64,000 nt of DNA from Ptychomitrium polyphyllum (lineage: Eukaryota), in assembly GCA_973851085.1 (NCBI GenBank), contig OZ316775.1:10044001-10108000 (forward strand). The letters run 5' to 3'. Of this stretch, positions 12,985-27,065 are shown piece after piece. A program made the translations under genes and the position numbers. Position 1 is the stretch's first letter, and each line of letters begins with the position of its first letter. A model generated the notes under the pieces. It did no database searches. It saw nothing but the letters and a program-made list of their open reading frames with translations, and had not been told where the DNA came from.

Positions 12985-15786
12985 TCATATATACCCCTTT
13001 TGCTTAACAGATACACTATCAGTATATATTCATTATTTCAAGATTATTTCTGTGCGGGAACCTGCAAAATCAACACATTATACTTCCAACAACTTGTAGG
13101 GAAAGATTATTCTAGAGCATCAATCCCCAGATATACAGCCCATACATCAAATACATTAAACACAGCGGCAAATAGATTCTCTAAGACCACATCAATCTAA
13201 CAGTCCCAAAAGCCACCAAGTTGATTGTAAGACAGTGAGCGCATAGAACCAATTCATGTGCCATTGCAACAGTCAAGATCTTACAGGGGATTGGTGGCAG
13301 CAAAACCCTCTTAGTTTTTGATCACATGTTGTTGCACTCGCCAATGAGAACAGACGTAGAAGGTTTATTCTTCCTCGTTATTGATTTAAAGAAAACTGCT
13401 GCATGGGATTGTCCCTATGATTTTTGCAGCAGCAAGTCTGCCACCATCATCATAATCATCTATTGGTTGCCCTCATGATGGTGCCCATCCCTACCCATTG
13501 TGGAGCACGTGGGTTTCACAGGCTCTGATGAGTATTTTGTTGGTAAAGCCATGATCAACACAGCCTCCATGCCGGTACAAGCCTGCCTCTAGCTGCTCCC
13601 TTCAACTGCCTCACAGGAACGCCTATTTGAAGTGACTCCAGTATAGAGAATTGACAACAGGCTAGGCACCATTCAGTTACCAAGTACTGTGAACCTATTT
13701 ATCCTCCTTGCACTGACCACCCCATCTGTGAGTGTTGCTATTTGTTGCTGTCTGTATTTAGACAGACTCAAGGACAATGATATCATCGCATTCTGTAACG
13801 TCAACCTTGCCAGAGAATCTTTCCCAGATATTCTGACAAGCATTTGAATATTGCAATAGTTACCCAAGAGAATCACCTCATGTGTCGGTTGGTTAGATGA
13901 GCGCAGTGAAATGGGCTAAACTGCAACCGCTCATCTCTCCAGGACACCTCTCCAACTTGTTTGCAACCACTGTGTTGGAAAAGAGCTTTCGTAGGGGCTC
14001 TTAAGATTTTCATTTGATCCTTCGTACCCCTAAGCGCCATTGGTTTATCTTTTCTTTTGAGGAGCATTTCCACCTCCAGAGTTTCCATACTGTGAGATTT
14101 TCTGCTTTGCTTTCCTCACAGCTCATCCCACGAGGAACAAAAACATGTTAGATTTTACCACAAGTTCACCCATTCATGAACACATTCATGGCTTTGAAGT
14201 GAGCCATCAAGGAATGGGATTTTTTCTTCTTCTCGTTTTTTGTCGTCTTGAACCTAAGATTGGACTTTTTAAAAGGACAATGCAATTTGCTAAATTAAAA
14301 GGTTTTATTTTGGTTAAGGTTTTATTGACTTTCAATAAAATCCGATTTTAAAAGCGCATTTTTTTAGTAAATGCTCATTATATTTATTAACGAACAATTA
14401 TAGCTTTTAAGTCACTCAATGTTGATCATTCATGGTAGATTTCTTCCAAGATTGTGTTATGAATTTTTTCTTGAATATTGTTTTTGAAAAGTTAGATTTA
14501 AATTCCAATCTACACATTTTAGAATTACAAAAATATGTTTAGGTCAAAAAAATCTTTCACATTATCTTGGTTGCATTTTTTGCTTTTATATAAAAAAATA
14601 TTTGCATATCAAATCAAGTAAGGCAACCATCACATTTTTAATGTGATAGTACTTAATCCAAGTTTTTATACAATTATAAAAGTAAAATAAATGAAAACCA
14701 AAAAACAAGGCAATAAAAGTATGAAACAATTAAAAATAAAATAGTAAAACAACATTTTAAAATAAAATAAATAAATAAATAAAGTAGTGACTTCATTAAT
14801 TTTTAAAGCTAAAAGTTAAAAAAGTAAAATTAAATTGATATGTATATGATAAGACAAGGCTATCCGATTTTTTTTGTATTACATTCATAAACATAAAAAT
14901 TAACAAATAAAGTTCATATATGAAACTATATAAGGTTCAATTAGCAATATTTTATAAAAATATTGGTTTAATACCACTAAATTCTATGAATTTTAAAAAA
15001 GAACTTGATTAAGTACTAGTTGTATTCATATGTGATTTTTTTTCCTTATGGCATCATATTGGTAGAAAAATGAATCAAATGAGACATAAGTGTTTTAAAT
15101 ACAATGGCAATTTATTTAACTTGTTTGGCTTTTCTTTTAAATAATAACCTAATAATTCCATATGCTAGATTCCATCAATTGATTATATTGTAGATTTAAT
15201 ACATTCTATTTTGATTACACATACTTATATGGAACTCTTTTTTAAAAAATAATATGCACCATTTGGATTTATTTTTTAATTTTCCTATAAATACTTCAAA
15301 ATCTCATGTTTTCAAACCTTGAAAATTCATTTCATTAAAAGAATTTTTAAAAGTTGGAACTTAAAATTCTTCTTTATTTTTAAACCTTTACTTTTAATTC
15401 TTTAGAAATGAATTCACTTCTTAGATTTTGAATGAATGGCAAATCCTTGCCTCCAAGCTTTCCTTTATTAAAAGCATTTTCATTAAAAGATCAAGTGCTG
15501 AAGATTGTTAAATTCCGACCTACGCTTACTTCACCTCACCAACTAATTCTTGATTTCTTACACCAATAAAAAAAACCCAAAAATCATATTGGTTCTACTT
15601 TTCTTTTAACACATGTGCCAACTCAAGAAGCTACCTTGCTTGAGTCACATTTCAAAAATGTTTTGTCTGATCATAATCCATTCATTATAAACCATCACAT
15701 TTTGATGTACTGAAAATTCCTTGCCAATTCCTTAAAAATCTTGTTCTTCATTAATAGGGATCATGCTTCATACCCAAAAATAGGAA

Positions 15787-15851
15787 GGAAAGGAAAGGAA
15801 AGGAAAGGAAAGGAAAGGAAAGGAAAGGAAAGGAAAGGAAAGGAAAGGAAA
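15787..15851. repeat. (GGAAA)n microsatellite
   Basis: Directly visible. Confidence 0.95.
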
Positions 15852-16130
15852 AAGTTTTAAAAAAGAAATCCACTTACCGTAATCACCTGTGAAGATTTTG
15901 CAATGAACATGGTTCCTAGTTTGCATGATGCAAGTTGAAGTAGGTATCATTATACTCCACCAATGTAAAGCCCTGATTTCATTGGACGCCAATCCCCTAA
16001 ATCTTTGTTGGAAACAAGCCAATGAAGCGTAGCGCCTGACTGAGCTGAATATTACAGCGCTTGCAAATTCCCTTGTGACAAGTTGGCCAACTTCTGCTGC
16101 ACTGGAGTTGGACTATAGAAGTGGCTGAAG

Positions 16131-16166
16131 CTACCCTACCCTACCCTACCCTACCCTACCCTACCC
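16131..16166. repeat. (CTACC)n microsatellite
   Basis: Directly visible, about 7 units. Confidence 0.9.
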
Positions 16167-18508
16167 AAAGTCAGGTTTGGCATGGACCAATTAAAATTCC
16201 TATCGTTATCGTTGAATGAAGTGCTTGTTTTTCTCTTACCTTGTATCTATGTCCACACCTGCAGGAAACTAGTAATAAGTAATAAGTGACAACATGTATA
16301 TCCATTAGTTTGACAAATTCTACATGTGAATGCTTGTCTAAGAAAAATCGAAGTGGTTTTTATCTAGTTTCCAGTCATAGAAGAGATGGAATTACATTAA
16401 AATATGAACTTTTGCCACACATAGTGAACTAAGGATGACTTTTCAAAGGTGCAATGTTATAATAGGGCATAAATAATCATAGGACATCTTTAAAATCTTA
16501 AGATCTACACATTTTACCTTTAATAAAAGAAAATTCATTTTATTCTTGCAAAACAATTAATCTTAGGATTCTACTCCAACATATCAATGACAAAATTTCT
16601 AATTTTATTGTGATAGAAATAGGTAGCTCTACTTAAATTAGTATTTGGTACTTGTTGAAATTTGGTGGTGCTAACTTACATTTTGAAATTTACGTCATTT
16701 ATCATGTACATGGGTTTTTTGCAATATTATAGGAATATAATAAGTATGGCTTGACATTTTTGTTGGTGTTTAAACCTATAAACTTTAATGGTTTTCTTGA
16801 AATACAAAGGTTCATTTGTGGAAAAGAAGAATCATTTTGTTATGGGTGTAATTAAAAATGATGTGCATAGTTCAATGTCTATTTATTTCAAATTATTAAT
16901 ATTAAAAATTGTGCCCACAGAAATCAGGGTTGTGAAAACAAAATGAAATTTACTTTTCAACAGGTTAAGAAGGTCAGTGCTTATACATGATGCTGTGCGC
17001 TGCCGTAGTCAAGGGTGCATACACATACGTATTCCATACAATACTACCGTATAGTATATGTATACCCCGCCCGGCCTTGAGAGTATCACACACCGGCAGT
17101 TTGCAAGCCTGAGCTGGTTACAGCAGCACTGAAGCCCCTCGTCCTCGCAGCGCAACCCAACGAAGGGCAGCGTGGTGTCGCCGTCTCGGTCTCACAAGGC
17201 GCTCTCGCATGTCAGGGATGGTATGCAATCAGCCAGTCGTCACGGCCCACTCTGGTGGCCAAGCTTGGCACACGCACGCCCATAATAAGGGCAACCCGGG
17301 CAGCCAGGGCGTCCCTCCATCGACCCCTATTCATCCGCGTCCCTCCACGTTCATCCCCTTTCATCCGCACCATCCCCTCCCAGACACAAATCCACTGTGC
17401 AGTGTTGCCGTCACCCTCGCCAGCCAAATTCCGGTCCCCCCAGTCTGCCACCCCACTGGCTCCGAACTTTCCTATTGGCCCACCTTCCCGCAACCCCTCT
17501 ACCAGTTATATCGTTTTGTAACTCCATTGGTTCTCCTCTCCGCTGGCCCTCCGCCAAATAAATCGCTCCGTCTGCCCATTTACTGGCCAATCCCGCGGCG
17601 GAGCGCTAACTTGGCACCAAAGCCTTCACAAGAATCCCATTGCGCGAGCATCGTAACTAGCGGGGTCACTCAAGTTAACGTTTTAGTGGAGCTACAGTCC
17701 ACTTCTGAGCTAACTCAGCTCGCAGTACTGCTGACTGCACACGCTCTAGGCTTTCTCTGTGGTCGGCGAACGTTGCTGCCTTCGTATGTCAATGTTGTTG
17801 TTGTGTGAAGAGGCTGTATTATTATCTGCGAGTGGGTAACGAGAGGAGTTGGGGGGGGGGGGGGGAGCGGGGAAAAGAAACAGGGGAAAGGTGAGAGTTT
17901 TGTGATTGAGTTTTGGGATTGGTTGGGAAGGTGATGGTGAAGTTTTGCGGCTTGGGGGTCGTGGTTGTGGATGTGGAGGAGGAGAGTGGTACCGGTGCTG
18001 CTGGTTGGAGGAAAGCACGTCGGTGAAGGTAATGCGGGTGCGGAGCAGTTTTTTCATCCTCAAACTGTACTGAAGCGAACAGTGAAGCTCAGCTGAGAGC
18101 TGAGCTGAGCTGAGCATGGTGGAGGAGTAGGTCGATGATTGATGACAGCTGGAGCCCAAGCTGGGAGAAGAGATTTGCATGGTTTTTCTGGAAGCGTCCG
18201 TTGTGAGAGAGGGGGATTGAGAGGAGGTGGGAGTGGGGAGAAAGGTGTTTGTTTTGAGCTTCAGGTTGGGTTGGTGAGGTTTATTGGAGTTGTTGTGGGA
18301 ATTGAGGTGGGGAGTGTTGATTGTCGAGTGAGGAGATGTGGTGGTTGGGGATGGGAGAAGGGTTGCTGGTGTGTTGCTAGGCGGGAGATAAATCCTGGAA
18401 GGTTTTAGCGGTGATTATGTGAGAGGGTGGATTGGCTTGGTTGATCATATTTATATGAAGCTAGGCTCTCTTTGTTTTTCTGGGAGTTGAGAGCTTCGGG
18501 GAGTAGCG

Positions 18509-21500
18509 ATGTCGACGAAGATGTCGTACTCATCGGGGAGTGCAGCGAAATCGAAGCACAGTGTGCGAGTGGCGCAGACGACATCCGATGCGAAGCTGCA
18601 GGCCGTGTATGAGGAGTCGAATGATTCCGGAGACTCGTTTGATTACTCGAAATCGGTTGCGCAGGCTGCGAAATCCATATCACAGCAGCAGGTGCCTGCG
18701 CAAGCGGTGACGGCGTACCTGCAGCGCATGCAGAGAGGGGGGCTCACGCAGACGTTTGGGTGCATGCTAGCAGTAGAGGAGAACACATTTCGCGTTATCG
18801 CGTATAGCGAGAATGCGCCGGAGCTTCTCAACCTTATGCCGCAAGCGGTCCCGAGCCTCGGGCAACAGGACGTGTTGGGAATTGGAACCGACGCGAGGTC
18901 GTTGTTCACCCCGTCGAGCGCGACCGCGTTGGAGCGAGCCGCTGGCGCAGCCGATTTGAGCATGGTGAACCCGATTTCGGTCCACTCTCGAGCCTCAGGG
19001 AAGCCATTCTACGCCATCGTCCACCGCATTGACGTGGGAATCGTGATAGACTTCGAGCCCGTGCTGCCGAATGACGTGATCGTCTCTACGGCCGGTGCCC
19101 TGCACTCTCACAAACTCGCAGCGAAAGCAATTGCGCGCCTCCAGGCGCTCTCGGGAGGCGACATTGGTCTCCTGTGCGATACGGTCGTGGAGGAGGTTCG
19201 CGAGCTCACGGGCTACGATCGCGTGATGGCGTACAAGTTTCACGAAGACGAGCACGGGGAGGTCTTAGCCGAGATTAGAAGATCGGATTTGGAACCATAC
19301 TTAGGGTTGCACTACCCATCAACAGACATACCCCAAGCGTCGCGGTTTCTCTTTATGAAGAACAGGGTTCGCATGATCGTCGATTGCTGCGCGCCGCCCG
19401 TGAAGGTGATTCAGGACAAGGATCTCCGGCAGCCGATCAGCCTCGCGGGATCCACTCTGCGAGCTCCTCATGGCTGCCATGCGCAGTACATGGGCAACAT
19501 GGGGTCGGTGGCGTCCGTGACGATGGCCGTCATTGTGAACGACCAGGAGGACGACTTCGGAGGGCAGCAGACGCGAGCTCGGCGTCTCTGGGGTTTGGTG
19601 GTCTGCCATCATACCTCCGCGCGCACCATTTCCTTTCCTCTGCGCTCAGCGTGCGAGTTTCTAATGCAGGTGTTCGGGCTGCAGCTGAACATGGAAGTCG
19701 AGCTCGCAAATCAGATGCGGGAGAAGCACATCTTACGAACGCAGACAATGCTCTGTGATATGCTTCTCCGAGATGCGCCGATAGGGATTGTCTCCCAGTG
19801 CCCTAACATCATGGATCTTGTGAAGTGCGACGGCGCAGCTTTGTACTACGGAAAACGATTCTGGCTCTTGGGGATTACCCCAAGCGAAGAACAGATTGAA
19901 GAGGTAGCGAACTGGCTGTTGGAGCATCATAAAGACTCGACTGGATTGAGCACGGATAGCTTGGCAGACGCGGGTTACCCTGGTGCGAATCTCCTCGGGG
20001 ATGCCGTGTGCGGGATGGCCGCTGCGAGAATCACTCCAACAGATTTTCTTTTCTGGTTTAGGTGAGCTTGCAATGGTTTCGAAGTATAGTTAGGAAGCGA
20101 TGATTTCATATAGTTCTTCGCTTGTTCTTGTGCTGAAATTCGTTTTTCTCTGGTTCATTTAGGTCGCATACTGCCAAAGAGATCAAGTGGGGTGGTGCAA
20201 AGCACGACGCGGATGAGAAGGACGACGGCAGGAAGATGACTCCCCGATCCTCTTTTAACGCCTTTTTAGAAGTGATGAAGAGAAGGAGTGTTCCCTGGGA
20301 GGACATCGAAATGGATGCCATACACTCTCTGCAGCTCATTTTACGAGGCTCATTCCAAGACATCGATGATAGTGAGACGAAGACCATGATACATGCCCGG
20401 CTTAACGATTTGAAGCTGCAGGGGATGGACGAGCTGAGTACGGTTGCTAACGAAATGGTGAGGTTGATTGAGACTGCAACAGCACCCATTCTTGCAGTGG
20501 ACTCAAGCGGGTTCATTAATGGATGGAATGCCAAAGTAGCGGAGCTGACGGGTCTTCCAGTTGGAGATGCCATGGGCCGGTCCTTGGTCCAGGAGCTCAT
20601 TCTGGATGAGTCTGTCGAGGTTGTACAGCGCCTGCTTTATCTTGCTCTTCAAGGTATGAATTTGCTACCACATGTTCCCCTTTTGGGTAAACGAGCATGT
20701 TGTGAAGTGAAGTTTATTTGGACAGCTTTTTGCCAGATTGCAAAGCTTTGTTTGAGAACGCTTTTTCATGACTGAGTCTAGGTTCATGTATTGAGATCAC
20801 TGTGCCAATGCTGACACTGGGTTGGTGTTTTGGTTCTCGCAAACCCATCTTGTGAGTTCATTTTTGATAACGTAATGGTTCACGATTGCGAGATCAAACT
20901 GCCGTTACTCATCCCTCTTACACTGACTTTTGAGAACTGCTCTTGAGCAGCAGGGGTCTTGCACATAGTCCTATTGCCATTAGCTAAAGCGTTTAAATTT
21001 AGCAAGGCAGGATCGGATACATTTCTTTTTTAGGGCCTTTTTCTCTGAAGATTTTATCGGTTTTTATGCAAATCGCACTCAATGGAGGGCAGAAGTAATA
21101 TATGAAGATCTAGTGGTGATATGTAAACCTGAAGTGAGCTCCGCTTGAGGATTAGAGTTGTGTCTTTTATGAGCTCTTTCAAATCCGATCTGTGTATCTT
21201 TGTAATGGTTTGTAACTGGAGACCAATTATTGCACCTTTCAGGTGAAGAGGAGCAAAACGTCGAGATTCAGTTGAGGACATTTGGACATCAAAAGGGGAA
21301 AGGTCCAGTGATATTAATAGTAAATGCCTGCTCAAGTCGGGATGTACAAGAGAATGTGGTCGGCGTGTGTTTCGTGGGGCAGGACGTAACTTCACAAAAG
21401 CAGGTTCACGACAAATTCACACGCATCCACGGTGACTACAAAAGTATTGTGCAGAATCCGAATCCCTTGATTCCTCCTATTTTTGGAAGCGATGAATTAG

Positions 21501-23359
21501 GGTACTGCACCGAGTGGAGTCCTTCAATGGAGAAGCTAACCGGCTGGAAGAGAGACGAGGTACTTCAATCTTTCGTTGCACTCTTGCGGGTTTCTTTCTG
21601 GCTCATAATCGTTCAAGTTATAATTTCTTTTATACGCCTATTGATCAGTGCTGATGCTCTTTGTATTTCGGGTCTGCGTCATTTTTTCACAAACAGCAGG
21701 AATATTTTAAAAATTTCCTTAAAAATTTCATATCTGCACATGGATACATGTTAGGACAGATGTTCTACAGATCATAGGTTTTTGATTCTCGGTTGCCATA
21801 TTGCGAAATGCAGGTTCTCGGAAAGATGCTGGTTGGTGAAGTTTTTGGCATGCAGCTGATGTGTTGCCGTCTGAAGGGCCAAGATGCTGTGACTAAATTC
21901 ATGATCGTTCTCAATAATGCTATGGATGGCCAAGATACAGACAAGTATCCGTTTTCTTTTTTTGACCGCCAGGGAAAGTTCGTCGAAGCTCTTCTTACGG
22001 CTAATAAGAGAACAGATGCGGACGGGTTCATCACTGGGGTTTTCTGCTTTCTGCATATTGCAAGCCCAGAATTGTTACAGGTTATACTCTCAACCTGCTC
22101 CGAGTTTGAAACCATCACATAGGTTCCAATCTGCCTAGTTGTTCTTTTTTTAGGTTTGCGCAAACTATAGGTAGGCTTATTACGTCTTTTCTCACATTCC
22201 GGTCACTGGTACTGAATAGAACTGTATTAAATTGGAAGTATGTACACATTTGGTCCCGCTTGCGCCGATCTTGAGTTGGTGAAGTGTGCTTTTGCATGCA
22301 GGCTCTAACTGTTCAACGAGCAACTGAAAAGGTTGCTTTTGCTAAACTAAAAGAACTTGCATATATTCGACAAGAGATAAAGAATCCTCTGTACGGAATC
22401 ATGTTTACTCGAAATTTAATGGAGGATACAGACTTGTCGGAAGAGCAAAAGCAGTTTATGGACACTAGTGCAGTATGTGAACGACAGTTGCGGAAAATCT
22501 TGGACGATATGGACCTCGAGAGTATTGAAGACGGGTAAGCTTGAATTCTCTACCTTTTTTCTTAGCGTTAACTAACATGGTGCACTTCATAATGCTTTAC
22601 GTGCTACATTAAAGTGCCAGATATGAATGTGATTTGTACGTCAAACACTAAATATTGCTATTCCTAATTGTTGAAAGTTTCATTTTGAAGATCGACGATC
22701 TCTGTGTGTCCAGGTCCTTGGAGTTGGAAACAGCTGAATTTGAAGTGGGATCCATGATGGATGCTGTGGTCAGTCAAGGAATGATTTCATCCAGAGAGAA
22801 GGGCCTTCAGTTGATCCGCGAAACACCGAGGGAGGTTCACGACATGTGTCTATTTGGCGACCAAGTTCGGTTGCAGCAAGTTCTCGCTGACTTTTTATTG
22901 AATGCAGTGCGTTTCACGCCCTCTTCTGAGGGCTGGGTCGGCATCAAGGTGGTCCCAACGAAAAAGCGCCTTGGTGGTGGCTTTCACGTTGTACACTTAG
23001 AATTCAGGTTTGTATTCAAGTTTTTCCTGCTTTCAGTTATCGTTCTGTAGTCCTCGGCCTTGACTTGTACCTTTTTTCAGTTATAAGATGCGTTAAATTT
23101 GTATATTAAACCAGCTGGTTATGAACTGTCTTCCAGAGTAGCACATCCAGGCTCAGGACTTCCAGAGGAGCTCGTCCACGAAATGTTCGATCGGGGCCGT
23201 GGCATGACTCAAGAAGGACTTGGCCTGAGCATGTGCCGTAAACTTGTAAAGCTTATGAATGGAGAAGTGAAATACATCAGGGATACAGGAAAAAGTTACT
23301 TTTTGGTCAATCTGGAGCTTCCATTGGCTGTAAGAGACGACTCTGGTATGTTGCAGTAG
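18509..23359 (+). CDS. PHY: Canonical plant phytochrome (PAS-GAF-PHY-PAS-PAS-HKRD), resembling the moss PHY5 clade, 7 exons
   Basis: Chromophore Cys in [13 protein letters not shown] motif, WGG and PRSSF tongue motifs, [17 protein letters not shown]. Exons 18509-20061, 20163-20653, 21243-21559, 21814-22080, 22302-22534, 22714-23007 and 23137-23359 are all GT-AG and phase-compatible. The clade call rests on recalled similarity and needs a tree. Confidence 0.97.
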
Positions 23360-26307
23360 CGAGCGTTTGGGATGCTGATGAGCCTACCTTATACACTCAT
23401 TGACAGCTCGCTTCTTTTTCACACCGCGTCAAATACACCCACCTTCTAACCAAATTTCAGATTGTTAGAGACAATGTGAACCGTCTCATGAAGATTGAGT
23501 TCGTTTGCGTGGGATTCAATCTGCTGACTTCGTTGGTTCATTGTTGTAAGTTTCCTCTGTTTTTTTTGAGGTGACCAACATAGGAGACTCAAGCTCACGG
23601 ATGAAGGTGGACGCTACCAATTTTTCTAGACCTGGTCTGACTCTGACCACCTACCTCGAGGATGGACTCAAATTGGTGGAGAGCAGAACCTGCGCTGAAT
23701 ATTTCAACAGTGGAGTATTAAACTATCCGCATGTTCACATGCAATTTTGAATCTGCAGCATATAAGAAAATTCTAATTTAACATATATTTCTTGGCACTG
23801 CTGGTTAGACGAACAGGTTCTTTTTGGTGTTCTGAAAGCATTATGCATTGTGTATATCCAATAGGAATATCGTAGTGTGGGATGGGTAGTTGGCAACATT
23901 CTTCCTTTAGAAGACTAATCCAGATCCCTGATACATTGAACAATTATTTCAGTATCTCAGAAACTAGTTTTAGATGCTGTTGGTGGTGTTTTGGTTCCGA
24001 GATTTTAAAGGAACTGTATGTAGGTTTTAACTAATGGTTTATCCAGGCGTATGGATGTATGGTTTGGCTACGATAACTTCGCATCTGTCACGACTTGGTG
24101 GGTACTAGTAGTGACGAACTTGGAGAAAGTAATGCTCCTCCTGTCACTATTGTAGACTTGATAGAGGTTCTTTGTGAGCTGGTGTTGCATCTCCTCCTTT
24201 GTAAGGATGTATGAAACTATACATGGAGTGTTTGAACTGGTTGCTAGATTTCATAAATTGGCACTAAACATATAATTTGTTTCCAAGAGGTCCTAGCCTA
24301 AACGACTATGATGCTAAACGATGGAAGTGAATGATGTACACAGATTGTGAATTTAAAAACACGACTTAGTTAAAAAATTTACAATTTTTGAAGATGCCAC
24401 ATTTTGCAAGTCAAAATTTATTTTGGGGCATCTACATCCTATAACATTTAAAGATTAAATGAAATAAATTTTTTTCATTTAGTACATTGTGATATAATAC
24501 AGTGGCTAAATAAAAAAACAATTAGTATGTTACAAATTTTTTGGAATTTTTTAATGAAGGATTAGACTCTTGACTCAGTCTTGTCTTAGCTGTCTTCAAA
24601 ACCACATGGAATGTGTAAAGGTGTATGTATTCTCCATGGAACGCTAAAATAGCAACTTTGGCTCCAAGTCTTTTTACAAAAAGTATACACATTCTTACAA
24701 TTCATGTGAACGCAATTGCCATAATGTAGCAATATGGGGGACACGAAGAGATACTACCGCCTCTACAAATTTAGCCACCAAGTGACATTAGTAGAAATCT
24801 ATAAAGGAATGCCTATGTCTACCTCAATTATAAACTATTTTTAAAATTTGGATGGAACTTACACTCTTGGATATTTACAAAGTGGCTTTTAGGATCCAAA
24901 CAAACCAATCAACCTTGAGACGTGGCTTGGTTATGAATGGATATCAATTTCATAACAAGTAAATTATATATTCTTAGCTTGCTTAAGAGCCACACTATTA
25001 TACGCCAAATCTAAATTAAATGGTGGCTATTGCAATGATGGATACCAATTTAAAATACCTTTTATAATAGCAACCAAACCAGCCTTGCGACATGGATGGA
25101 TGATTGTGAATTACAATAGTAGACATAAAATCTAAAGCAACCGTTTTCAAATGTTGACTTTTTAAAAGCCTCAATCATACACACAAGACATAAACTAAAC
25201 AACCTTTAGACTTTTACACCTAAGCTTGTAGACTTAAGATATGGACTTTAATTAATTTTCATTAACATTGGAAAAATCCTACATTGAGACTTCATACTTT
25301 AGCACCAAATTCTCCTATCTAATAACAATAGTAAACTACACATGTTTAGTTTGAAAAGTACTTTACTAACATTGACCATAATGCTTATGTTCAAATAAAA
25401 TTACAAATTCCTAATAAAACTCATTTGGAAAATAAATATAACATAATGGAAAACTTATAGTTTAATTAAAATAATTCAATTAATCTTTAATATTTGTTTA
25501 ATATTCTAATATCCATTTAGTCTAATCCATTTCAATTACTTTTAAAAAACTCAAACAAGGTCTATGCTACACTATGTTTTTAATTTTTTTACAATAACAA
25601 AAAAAAACTATAAGTAGATTTCTTTTGAAATTTTGTAATACTAGGAATTTAGTCAAAATTGTTATATTCATTGTTCCTTGTAAAAAAATGGATCTTGAAA
25701 TAATAGCACAAGAAGGTTACATTTTCTAAAATGAAGCTTCTAAAACAATTAGAATTTCCTTTTAAACATCAATAGCTTATTACTTCATGACAAAAATTGC
25801 TTGATTTTTTTTCCCATATATAAAATAATATACTTAAAAACAAGAAAAAAACAAAATTTGCCCATAATTTGCTTCTTTTAAAAAGTGGTTGTTTTTCAAT
25901 CTTTATTAACTGCTCTATCAAATAAATTTGAATTTTCATTCCAAACTACAACTGAATTAGATTTTATTTATTTTTTTAAATTATAAAATGATCCTTTAAT
26001 CCAAAACAAGAACATTAAAATTGGATTTTTATAAAACTGAACTTTTAATTAAAAAGGTCTTTTATTAACACCTTAAAAACAAGTAGTCAATATAAGTTTT
26101 TTTTTTTAAACCTTCACATATTAATAAAAGTTGTAATCAAATGGTGATATTTGAAGATTACAACCTTGAATTGTATTATTTGTTAATTGTTTTGCTAGGT
26201 TTTCTAATTTTTATAAATAAATATCAATTGCTACTATTACTTGATATTTATATATATATACTTAGAATGCATTGTTATACTAATAAGATATATTGGAAAT
26301 GTTTTCT

Positions 26308-27065
26308 TATTGGAACCACTAGATGTTGTAATGTTAACACAGGTACTGCGTGGTGCTCCAAGACAGCTACTTCCACCCTGTATTCCATCATTCATATTTC
26401 AGTATTACCATCCAAGTCTTTGAGAAGCATACGCCTTGAAAAGTCCAACAAGTCAAGAACTTACCAGATCCTTGTCATCAGATTCATCCCAATGAGCCTT
26501 AGTGTTGCGTTGGAGCTTGCAGTTACCACAAAGCAGAACACAGACCTGTATACTTGACAAACAAGAGTATCGTTGTAAGCGTCATACATGTATACTAAGA
26601 AAACAACAAGAAGCCTCGTACTCAAGCGAAGTAGCTGTTCGCTTCAAATAACTTAAGCATAAGTGCAAGAAGTGAAGTAATTAAAAAATCGATCCATAAG
26701 AGATCTAGTGCCTTAAGTGTGCCATTGAATTTGAGAGAGAGACGTCACCCAGAATCCGGAGAATAAATTGACATCGCGGTAACTGCCAAGAATCGCAGAT
26801 CGTCATCATCGTTCGTGCCCGTCCTTGTTTCTTCAGGTGACTGCTTCTCATTCGGTCGCATATCTACTGCTTTGTCCAATGCCTTCAAGAGAGGCTTGTC
26901 ATTATTTTTTGAAGAGTGCTTCTTCTTTCTTGGCAATTTAAAGGCACGAGGAGGGACATAAGAACACAACCATTTGGAGGAGAGAGCATCTATAACTGGG
27001 CTTTGGTTTACATTGTCTTCTGGAACAGTGCTAACCAACTCTGTTTCGTCAATTGAAGCACTCAT
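26308..27065 (-). repeat. 758-bp direct duplicate of 32372-33129 (internal WDR6-like segment with two introns)
   Basis: Same offset (6064) at both ends and no mismatch seen by eye. It keeps the introns, so it is a DNA-level copy. Confidence 0.95.

Noticed and set aside
12616..13200. 194-aa ORF with YIYIYI runs
   Set aside because: The ORF is produced by the (AT)n/(ATTT)n microsatellite.
16131..16166. Interstitial telomere repeat
   Set aside because: The unit is the 5-mer CCCTA, not the plant CCCTAAA repeat, so it is treated as a microsatellite.
17209..17808. 199-aa Pro-rich ORF upstream of the phytochrome
   Set aside because: C-rich promoter-like DNA with no recognisable domain.
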